A stretch of DNA of 64,000 nt, from the NCBI GenBank assembly GCA_963920595.1, contig OY986948.1, forward strand, positions 3,224,001-3,288,000, given 5' to 3'. Source of the stretch: Eimeria praecox. Its lineage: Eukaryota. The notes beneath the pieces were generated by a model, which searched no databases, had not been told where the DNA came from, and saw nothing but the letters and a program-made list of their open reading frames with translations. Below, piece after piece: positions 45,531-64,000 of the stretch. A program made the position numbers and the translations under genes. Each line of letters starts with the position of its first letter. The stretch's first letter is position 1.

Positions 45531-46238
45531 AAGGAGAAGAAGTAAGGACAAATAGAAACAGAAGAAAGAAGAAAAAGCAAAAGAAGAGAAGGAGAAAGAA
45601 GAAGAAATTCAACGAGTACAGAGTTAACAAATGGAGTTAAATATTTTATATAATTTTTGTTCTAACAAACCGAACACACAAACACGAAAATAAATTTAGT
45701 TTAAACTAACAACAAAAACTTCAAACTTTTCGTCTTCTCTTCTGTTCGTTAGACTAACTACTACAGCCTCCCTCTACAACACCCTATAGAGACACTTACT
45801 CTGCTACATATATATATATATATATACAGATATATATAGATATAGATATATATCTATATAGATATCTATATAGATATATTGATATATAGATATATATATC
45901 TATATATCAATATATCTATAAATAGATATATAGATATATAGATATGGATAGATATACAGATATACGGATATATATCTCTATATCTATATACAGATATACA
46001 TAAACATATCCTCACTTACTTCCACATAAACACAAACACAATAACACTGAAAGCCATCGCATACAAAGAAGAGCAACGCGAGGATAAACGCAGAAGGATC
46101 TCTGTCTGCGTGTTGTAGTAAAAGTAGTAAACTTCAAATCAAAAACCAAAAGCAAAACAAAATGTCAGAAATAAATACGGAAAACAAAACAAAATAAAAT
46201 AAAACAAACGCATAAGCAACAACATCAACAACATCCTA

Positions 46239-46269
<31 letters not shown>

Positions 46270-46657
46270 GTAGCCTTGGGGCTCCGCATTATCAAGACGT
46301 AGAGGTGTAGGTTAAGATAAAGGTATATTTGCAGTCGTATTGCAGTTTAGAATTGGATATTATGTTCAATAAATTCTTCTTTAATCGAATTAACATTTAA
46401 TTTCAACTTTTATTCTTCAAAAGCAACTTTCTTACTACACACGAACACTACGCTGCGACTTGTCGCAGCGCTGGCTGCGTTGGCTGTGTGCCTCAGCTGC
46501 TGTTGCTACTACCCTACCCTCCCCCCCCCTCTTTGCTGGGGTTGGTTGGCTTTGTGGGAGTGTAAGTGTTGTGTGTGAAGCTAAGTAAGTTTGTCAGTTG
46601 GTTTAGACTTACTTTTCTCTTTGCTTTTATCCCCAATCAACCGTCTCTATAACGAAA

Positions 46658-47251
46658 ATGTCGTCGCTCGTCGGTCGGAAGGCTCCTGATTTCACCTGCG
46701 AGGCGGTGATGCCCAACGGGGAATTCGACACTGTCTCGCTGAGTCATTTCGTAGGAAAGAAATACGTCTTGTTGTTTTTCTATCCTTTCGATTTCACCTT
46801 TGTCTGCCCCTCTGAAATCGTTGCATTCAGCAAGGCAGTGGAGGACTTCGAGGCGAGAGATGTCCAGGTCTTGGGGTGCTCCATAGACTCCAAGTTCACC
46901 CATCATGCATGGCGCTCACAAGACCTGAAAAACGGCGGTATTGGCCCAGTTAAGATTCCTCTTCTTGCTGACGTCAAGAAAGAACTCGCGAGCGCTTTCG
47001 GAGTTCTTCTGCCCGACGGCATGGCCCTTAGAGGGCTCTTCTTGATCGACAAGAACGGCATCGTTCAGCATGCTCTCATCAACAGCCTCGCCATCGGTCG
47101 TTCTGTGCCTGAGGCTCTGCGCGTTGTGGATGCTTTGCAGCACCATGAGAAATACGGAGACGTCTGCCCAGCCAACTGGCAGAAGGGGGAGAAGGCCATG
47201 AAGCCCTCAGCGAAAGGTGTTGCTGAATACCTGGGATCCCTCACTAACTAA
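46658..47251 (+). CDS. Typical 2-Cys peroxiredoxin (thioredoxin peroxidase), intronless
   Basis: 197 aa ORF with [14 protein letters not shown] (peroxidatic Cys), GGIG and GDVCPANW (resolving Cys). Confidence 0.97.
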   Translation: MSSLVGRKAPDFTCEAVMPNGEFDTVSLSHFVGKKYVLLFFYPFDFTFVCPSEIVAFSKAVEDFEARDVQVLGCSIDSKFTHHAWRSQDLKNGGIGPVKIPLLADVKKELASAFGVLLPDGMALRGLFLIDKNGIVQHALINSLAIGRSVPEALRVVDALQHHEKYGDVCPANWQKGEKAMKPSAKGVAEYLGSLTN

Positions 47252-48000
47252 GCCACTGATTTGTATATGTTTGTACATTTATATTGTTTATTTATGTGTT
47301 TATGTATGGCGTATGTACCGTGTAAACACCTTTTATTCCGTTCTTCATCTGTGCCACACTTCTTCATCGGCGCCAAATGAGGCGTCTTTTGTTGCAGCTG
47401 AAGAGTGAACAAGTGGAGGGAAATCTATCCACAGTTCAGTCAGTATTAAACAGATTAATAAGACTTTATTTCTTTAAACAGTAAATGCAAAGTCAATATG
47501 TAAAGTTGTGAAGAAGGCCCGAGAAGCGGACCCGTTCGTTGCGAAGTTTACGCTTGCCATTCTCTATAGCAGTTCACCGCAGTGAATAGATAGAGGAACA
47601 CTTTCCCCCTTAGGTGTCTGCATCCCCCTTTGTGTATCCTCACGAGAGAGGAGGGACACTTTCTCGTCCGCTGCAATGCAGCAAGGCATACAGATACGGT
47701 GTAAAGGTCTCTCCCTGGCCATGCATGCACTCAGCCATGTATGGTGCGTGCGTGCTTATATTAAAAAAAGGCCATTGGAGAGCCACTGGAGTTGGCTGGT
47801 AACGGTGATGAAAGCGCTGTGCTCGATTTAGCTGCATATCGGACCAAATTCGTTCAAATGCCGTGGAGTGGTCGTAGCCCGACGAGCTGCAATGCGCTGG
47901 TAGTAGTAGTAGGCATACTTCTTCATGCTAGGCAAACGGATATTAAAAAGAATTTGGAGAAGTATACGGATAAGCCGAAGAAACTCTGAATCCGCTAGGG

Positions 48001-49281
48001 TCAGGTATTGGCTTGATTGCTCTCAAATGACGGCCGGCGCTTTGAAGCTGCATCTTCTTCTTGGCTGCCGCACGCAGTTACTTGTCTGCGATTGTTAGGG
48101 TCATTGTTTGTGTGCTGCTCTGAGGCGTTAGATGAAGCGTCTTGAGTCTTTGTTTGTTCTCTTTCCGTCGTTTCCTCTGGATAATCTAAGGGAATTAGTA
48201 CACCGGGCTCACGTAGGAAGCTGTGAAGTTCAATGATCCGTAAAGCGACGAGGATTGCAACGGGTGTGGCGAGAAGAAGTAAGCATGCCTGGGTGATGCT
48301 GATTCTTCTTAAGAGAAGATTTGTAGAAAACGCTTCGAAACCACGAACAGGAGTGCCGAGGGAAACAGCAACAACAATACCAAAACAAAAAGAAAGCAAT
48401 GCTGTCAAGAAATAAGAAGGTGCTCTGCGATCAACTTGTGCAAATGCAGAACACAAGAAACAAAAAAGTGAACAGATACCACCCGCAGGATTGTCGAATG
48501 CAAAATTTGCCAGTACGTACACCCCGTGCATTCCGGTCAGAGCCGAGAAAACCTCTCTCCAGAATTTAACTTTTGAAAATGCCTCCTCCGCGATCTGCTC
48601 TGCTTCATTTCGATTTTCGTTGTACATCTTCGACCACTTCTGTTTCCCTCGTCCACGATCGTCAAATCGGGTATCTTCTGCACATTCACTATTGGCGAAA
48701 TGTCCGAAATTGAGGCGCTTCTTCTCGGCCCCTCTCATGTCTACAGCGACGAATGGTGAGCCTCCTGCTGCTGTCGAATCCTGTGTTTCCCTTTGTTGCT
48801 GGGAAACAGAAACATCTCCTCCTCCACGATTTGTTTCTTCAAGAGAATATTTTACTTTATCGTCATCACCTCCCCTCCGTTCACTATGGAGCCCTAGGAG
48901 CCCTTTGGCATGATGCGTCGTCGGTACTTCGGAATGCCGATTCGAGTTGGAAGCCGTTAAGTGAGAACCTTCGCGAGTTGCTCCATGAAGAGAAGAAACT
49001 CCATTCAAATTCCCTCGATGATTGCTTTCCCCCAAAGGAGAAGCGTAGTAGACCCTGGGGCCGGCTTCTGCTAGTGCGGGGCGAGATTGCAACGTTGGAG
49101 GATCACAGACGAAGGCGTCGTATTGCTGAAGAGGTCTGTCAAATATTTCTTCGTCTGTATCTTCATCAAAAGAAGAACTGTAAGGATGTCCTATGTCTCC
49201 TCCACCGAGACTAAGACCCAAGTGCTGGTGGTGGTTGGCGTGAGGCTCTGTAGTGACCGGCGGTTGGCAACGAGTTCCCAT
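48001..49281 (-). CDS. Hypothetical membrane protein, about 426 aa, with roughly four C-terminal transmembrane segments; intronless
   Basis: Long non-repetitive ORF. The first ATG is at 49281 (the track start at 49311 is GTG). Hydrophilic N-terminal half is followed by hydrophobic segments such as GICSLFCFLCSAFA, YFLTALLSFCFGIVVAVSL and ACLLLLATPVAILVAL. Confidence 0.75.
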   Translation of the reverse strand: MGTRCQPPVTTEPHANHHQHLGLSLGGGDIGHPYSSSFDEDTDEEIFDRPLQQYDAFVCDPPTLQSRPALAEAGPRVYYASPLGESNHRGNLNGVSSLHGATREGSHLTASNSNRHSEVPTTHHAKGLLGLHSERRGGDDDKVKYSLEETNRGGGDVSVSQQQRETQDSTAAGGSPFVAVDMRGAEKKRLNFGHFANSECAEDTRFDDRGRGKQKWSKMYNENRNEAEQIAEEAFSKVKFWREVFSALTGMHGVYVLANFAFDNPAGGICSLFCFLCSAFAQVDRRAPSYFLTALLSFCFGIVVAVSLGTPVRGFEAFSTNLLLRRISITQACLLLLATPVAILVALRIIELHSFLREPGVLIPLDYPEETTEREQTKTQDASSNASEQHTNNDPNNRRQVTACGSQEEDAASKRRPSFESNQANT

Positions 49282-50974
49282 GGTGCACCAGGGAAAAAGA
49301 GAGGCGGGCACAAAGGCTCCACGATACGTTTGATAAATGGAATTGAACTTGAAACTCTAAAAATATCCAAAACAAAAAGACAGACAAGCACTCCGCGGGC
49401 ATCCGTCTCTTCTCTCCCACCCGCCTGCTCTGGCCCAGCCGGTGCTGCTGGGAGGATGTGATGGTCCCTCACAAAGTTGAATTATGAATGGCAGCAGGTA
49501 GAGATAGAGACAGCAACCTGTGGAGGAACCCGTATCATATATTGTGTATTTAGGCTTTAGTAATTTATTTTCAAGCTTTGTTTGCACTCCATTGAAGCTA
49601 TAGACAACGCCATTCAGTACTACAAAATACACTGGTCATGCCCTGAAGGAGGCCCCGATCCCCACGTCGGTCTGTCTTGTGCATCTCGTCGTCAACAGTC
49701 CAACTTCTTTGTCTCGCAGCAAAAAGACAACAAATGCCAACAAATAAATTGAACAATTAATACTAATTCATAAATGAAAAAAGAAATCTGCATTATATGT
49801 CTCTATAAGGACCAGTGACTCCGTCTTCCCTTCCCATACCATATTATTTTCAAAGGCATCCTGCATCTCTCTGTTGTTCTCCTTCTTATTATTGTGTTAA
49901 CGACTTCGTCTCTATATGTTTTTTATCGGTTGTATTCATTTTGTTGTTTCATCACCCAAAGTGTCTCTGTATTGCGCCACCCATCCCACCTCTGCAGCAC
50001 TTCACAACTATGCAGCTGCCGTCTCTCGGTGTTATTACTTACTTCTTTACAGCTTGTGTCTGCAGACTTGTGATATGGAGGATGCGGGTGAAATTACATG
50101 CAAAGGCTGCAGCTGAAATCTTGGGTGTTTATTCATATTCCATGAAGAAGCAGGGAAGGCGTGCAGCAACATGCAATTGGAATTGTCCCTGGGGCCCTTG
50201 ACAGGCTAGAATGGGGTTATTAAAGAGACGCAGCGAATTTCGTCGATTTGTTTGGTATACAAATGTGTATATTTTGAATGAGATGAGGGGACAGAGGCAG
50301 TGATTCGCTATTAAGTTTGCATTCCATTGTTTGGACAGTGTGCAATATGAGCAATAGCCACCGACAGGCAAGCTGTCTAAGACAAACCAATAAAGCGAAA
50401 CAGGCGTTACAGCTGTTCGTCTGTTAACACTGAGAACAGCAAGCGTTATAGGTTATTGCATGCTTATCTGTTTGTTGTTTTTCTTTGGTTTCTATTGAGA
50501 ACTGCCGTTTAAAATAGCTAAAGCAAAAGGACTCCTAGTCCTCTAAAGCAGCCAATAATATGAATCACATCTACAGCGTCCGACAGAAGGCTCTCTCTTT
50601 CTGTGTCTCTCCCGAGCCTGATGCTGTTCATGCTGAGAGCAGAAATGCCACTAGACAAGCACGACGCAATGCAATGAAAACAGAACCCACCACCTTTGCA
50701 TCTTTTAAAGAAAGGAAGTTCAAAAAAGCCGCCACCACTTAGTGGGGTTTCTGTAGTTTGTATATCTCTATTAGAGATATTTTGATAGATACACCTCCTG
50801 AGCTCTTCAGACTTGACGCATTCAGTCAGTCAGTCGCTCGAGATACAGCAACAGCAACATATGCATCTGCTGCTGTGTTGTTTACCTGTCTATGTTGGAC
50901 ACACTGTGCTGCCAGAAGAATATTTACTTCCCTCCCAACACCTGCAAGCCCAGCTAAGTGGGGCTCCTTACATT

Positions 50975-51256
50975 TTACTAACATGCACATATTGCATCTT
51001 AGTAATATACCGATATTAGGTCTTAACAAATATATTGATATTAGACCTTAGTAATGTGTATATACTGCATCTTAACAAATATACAGACATTATATCTGAA
51101 CAAATATACAGATATTATATCTGAACCAATATACAGATATTATATCTTAAGAACTATACAGATATTATATCTTAAGAACTATACAGACATCGTTGGGTCT
51201 TAGCAACTATGCAGATACTGCATCTTACAAATATACAGATATTATATCTTAACAAA
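50975..51256. repeat. Degenerate minisatellite with a ~25-bp unit (AACAAATATACAGATATTATATCTT), about 11 copies
   Basis: Tandem units end in ATCTT/ATCTG/GTCTT and lie just downstream of the sideroflexin stop codon. Confidence 0.85.
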
Positions 51257-51357
51257 GGCAAATAGATGTTCTTTACAACCTGCAGCAACAGAAAGGATTC
51301 CGCTGGGGACAGACAGAAAGAAGTCGGCGGATAGCTGCTTCACTGTGAGCATCACAG

Positions 51358-56401
<5,044 letters not shown>

Positions 56402-56752
56402 CTTCGTTTGAGGGGAAACAAAAAAAAAAATAGAAAAATGAAGTCAAAGACCTGTTGTTGTTGTTTCTAATCTATAAACAACTAAATCAAATTAAATAAA
56501 TATATATATTTATTTCCTTATTTTAATGTATTTTTCTCTTGTATAAATGCAGCTCCGTGTTGGTATATATATATACGTGTTTGTATGCGTGTATATGTGT
56601 GTATATATGTGTTGTGTTGAACACATATAGATATTGTCCCTCTAAAAAGAGTTAATCCAACCTACAAATCAAATATAATACTTAACTCAGACGGCGAGGA
56701 GAAGAGAAAGAAAGTCGAAGAAAGAGAAGAAAAGAAGAAGTTGACGGTAAAA

Positions 56753-56760
56753 TGCATGCA
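56753..56760. promoter_or_regulatory. TGCATGCA palindrome in the 766-bp divergent intergenic region between sideroflexin and V-ATPase c
   Basis: Exact octamer, known as an abundant apicomplexan non-coding motif bound by ApiAP2 proteins. Other copies at 4589, 13963 (tandem, upstream of RPB5), 47722 and 57568. Function at this site is not shown. Confidence 0.45.
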
Positions 56761-57167
56761 GCGATATGTTCTGAGTAGCCGCAACCTTGTAATAATTTGA
56801 GGACTCTATGACTATTTAATATAAATGGCTTTATTAGGGTGAAAACAACTACAAATAAATTAAATTGAATATAATAAAATATATAATATTATTTTATTTT
56901 ACTACAGAGTGTGCGTGTGGCTGGGGCTGCCTGTCTAGGCTGACGGAAACGTCGCTCTGGGCATCATCATCATCAAACACCGGCTGCCGGCGGTATACCT
57001 AAGAAGGGAATACGGGTATAATATCTTGCGGTGGTTCATAAAAAACAGCGAAATCGTAAATAAAACGAAAAACCCTTCAAGAAAAACCCCTATTTACCTT
57101 CCCAATCTGTTTTTATCTTCTTAAACGAACCCCAATCATATCTTTTCATATAATATATCTTACCAAG

Positions 57168-60826
<3,659 letters not shown>

Positions 60827-61829
60827 ACAAACACAACAAGATAAAATAAAATAAAATATAAATAATTAATTTAATTAATTAAATTAAATTAATTAAATTA
60901 ATTAAATATAATACAATTAAATAAAACATATTACATAAAACAGACAAAACAAAACAAAGTAATAATACAACAAAACAATAGAAAGAACTACCACTACAAT
61001 TAACGAGGAGAGCCACAGAAACAAACAAACAAATAAATAAAACAAATAAATAAATAAATAAATAAATAAAATAAAATAAATAAATAAATAAATAAATAGA
61101 CGAAGGGCCGCAGCAACACGTTTTGTTTGTTGCTCATCGCACAGCAACAAATGTAGTTTGTTGTTCTTATCAACAAACAACAAGAGCAAATAAACAAACA
61201 GATAGACAAATTTAAATAAATAAAATAAATAAATAAAATAAATAAATAAAATAAATAAAATAAAATAAATACAATAAAGAAAAGACAGCAGTGAGCTACA
61301 TCGAAGGTTGCTGTGTTGATTATACAAGACAGAGAGAGACAAAACAACACAGACAGCTTCTGTTTATTGCTGTTGGTTATAACATTATCTTTAAATTTTA
61401 TATTTAAATATATTTAAATATATTTAAATATATTTATTTTACTATTTGATCGTCTACTTATTCGCTGGAACATGCGGGAGAGACAGAGACAGAGAGAGAG
61501 AGAGAGAGAGGCAGTCTGCTGTAGCTGTCTTTCTGTTTATGTCTGTATATATCTATATCTATATCTATCTATATCTAGATATATATCTATATATAGAGAT
61601 ATATAGATATATATAGATGTAGATAGATAGCTATAGATTTATAGATTAGATAGATAGAGATAGAGATATGTAGATATAGATAGATAGGCGTATATGTGTG
61701 TATAGAGAGAGAAAAGGAGAGAGATTTACAGATATAGATATAGATAGATGGATATAGATGGATAGATAGATATAGATATAGATGAATATATATGTCTATA
61801 TATATATATATATCTGTATATATATATAG

Positions 61830-61869
<40 letters not shown>

Positions 61870-62179
61870 GTGTATAGGGCGATTGTTAGGGCTGTGTCTG
61901 TCTGATATAGCTGTAGTTGTCTGTGTTTATATTGTACTTCTGTCTGTTTCTATTATTGTAATTGTATTTTGATAGTTGTGTTTGTCTGTCTGTCTGTTTA
62001 TATTACTGTAGAAGAATAATAAATAGCTTTCTGGTGTACAGACAGCTGTTCGTAATTATCTACAAATACAGCGAGAGAGAGAAAGAAACGTTAAATAGAT
62101 TAAATAGATACATAGCGAGGCTGTTGTTTAATAAAAATAATAAAAAATGAAAAAGATATAATAATTAATAGATAAACAG

Positions 62180-62231
<52 letters not shown>

Positions 62232-62778
62232 TATTATATATATGTTGAAGTGTTGCGGTGATAGACACAAACTATTTGTTATTTAAGTAGATATCTGTTT
62301 ATATTAATTTATATTTATAAATTATATATTTGTAAATATATTTTTTAAATTAATAAAAATATAAATAAATATATATTAATGTTCATATTAATAATTAAGT
62401 ATGTTTTTCTATTAAACTATCTATCTATAGAGAAGGATGTTAGGTGTTGGTGTTGATGGTCTGACGATCGTTAAGTAGAGTGATTCGGCTATTAAAATAA
62501 ATAAAAATATGAAAATAATATAAATAATAAAAATAAATTAAATAATTAAATAATTTAATATATAAAAAACAAGAAAATCTTGAATAAATAGCAGCAGTTT
62601 TATCTTTCTGTGTAGTGATGGTGTTGATGGTGTGACGGTGTTGTTGTAATACAACATCCTCCCCTCAACATTCTTATTTTTCTTTTATTTTTTTGTCTTT
62701 CTTTGATATTTTCATATTAAATTAAAATATTTAAAAAATTCTATATCGAATATATATATTTATGTCTTTATTTATTGC

Positions 62779-62813
<35 letters not shown>

Positions 62814-63216
62814 TATCTTGTATAGACAGACAGACCACTGGTCTTGCTGTAGTATATCTTGACTGTGTTGTTTTCAAACAATAATCGTAGCATTTAAAGA
62901 TATAAAAAATTAAATATATTAATTATTTAATATATTAATTTGTTTGTTCTCACCTTCTGAAGACAAACAAAACCAATATCATCGCAGCATACACAGCAGC
63001 AGCAACAGCAGCAGCAACAGCAGCAGCAACAGCAGCAGCAACAGCTGCAGCAGAAACGACAGCAGCAACAGGACTCATAGTAGCAGCAGCAGCATTACCA
63101 ACAGCAGTAGCAGCAACAGCAGCAGCAACAGTGGTAGTACTAGCAGCAGCAGCAACAACAACAGCAGCACCAGCAACAACAACAGCAGCAGCAGCACCAA
63201 CAGCAACAGCACCAAC

Positions 63217-63250
<34 letters not shown>

Positions 63251-63353
63251 CCAACGGCAGCAACAACAACAACAGCAGTAACAGCAGCAGCAACAGCAGC
63301 AGCAGCAACAGCAGCAGCAGCAACGACAGCAGCAGCAGCACCAACAGCAGCGG

Positions 63354-63388
<35 letters not shown>

Positions 63389-63402
63389 ACAGCAGCATCA
63401 AG

Positions 63403-63531
63403 ATGACAGTTGGAGTCGAATTAGATATTCCTACATATCTTCCTTGGACTTTGTTGAAACGATGGAAGGATATTAGCTTCGTTCATTATCAGACACCCGA
63501 GCCAGAGCCTCTGCAGCAGCAGCAGCAGCAG

Positions 63532-63564
<33 letters not shown>

Positions 63565-63831
63565 AGTGGTGCTGCTACTGGTGCTGCTACTGGTGCTGCA
63601 GGTACTGCTGCTGCTGCTGCTGCTGCAGCAGCAGCAGCAGCAGCAGCAAATGCTCCTCCTCGTGGGGGTGGCTATGGCAGCTCGTGTTTTGGTTTATCCT
63701 TAGAAGTCGCAGGGATAAGAAGAAGACAAGAAGAAGAAGTTGTAGAATTAATTGAAAGTTCGATGAAGAAAGAGAAAAGCATTCAGGTGTACAGACACAT
63801 CATTAGAAAATGGCCGTATCTTACTTTACTT
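63403..63831 (+). CDS. First coding exon of an unidentified gene; 3'-partial
   Basis: ATG at 63403 gives non-repetitive [29 protein letters not shown]...[13 protein letters not shown] and ends at a GTAAGT donor (63832) followed by (TA)n. The frame is also open upstream through a Ser/Asn repeat to about 62944. Confidence 0.6.
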
Positions 63832-63835
63832 GTAA

Positions 63836-63952
<117 letters not shown>

Positions 63953-64000
63953 TCTATATCTGTTTATATATCTATATCTATATTTATCTATTTATATATC

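Larger units (their letters stand above)
46280..50970. other. Repeat-poor segment within a repeat-rich chromosome region
   Basis: Essentially no long CAG, TA, TAAA or AAACCCT tracts, balanced base composition and two intronless genes. Consistent with the known repeat-rich/repeat-poor segmental organisation of Eimeria chromosomes. Confidence 0.85.

Noticed and set aside
47548..51051. Small ORFs around and antisense to the genes in the repeat-poor island
   Set aside because: Short, overlapping, no recognisable motifs; expected by chance.
50975..51256. CRISPR-like array (also considered for 4303-4434)
   Set aside because: Units are directly tandem or separated only by CAG runs, with no unique spacers, no cas genes and a eukaryotic context.
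63403..63831. Assignment of the last exon to a family such as rhomboid protease
   Set aside because: Only a weak impression from KWPYLTLL; no diagnostic motif lies within the window.

Overview
Eukaryotic, intron-rich DNA that looks like a coccidian apicomplexan, most likely Eimeria: it has pervasive CAG/CTG tracts, interstitial AAACCCT/AGGGTTT telomere-like arrays, TGCATGCA motifs and one sharply bounded repeat-poor block. Most ORFs in the supplied track are microsatellite artefacts. Splicing by hand gives 11 gene models: a 5'-partial RAP-domain protein (13 exons), a large Lys-Pro-Ala-Ala repeat protein, RNA polymerase subunit RPB5, a GAP45-family glideosome protein, an F-box/WD40-like protein, a CCp5-type FN2/PA14/LCCL secreted protein (20 exons), a 2-Cys peroxiredoxin, a hypothetical membrane protein, a sideroflexin, a V-ATPase proteolipid c subunit and a 3'-partial unknown gene. 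The main leads are: (1) introns with C-rich telomeric repeats at the donor and the complementary G-rich repeats at the acceptor, a candidate hairpin-assisted splicing system; (2) a dispersed GGTGTAYRKRCAS / GGTGTACGTACACC motif that also overprints coding exons; (3) an apparent excess of GC-AG introns; (4) the AlgP/histone-H1-tail-like KPAA protein. All exon coordinates were derived by eye and no database was searched.
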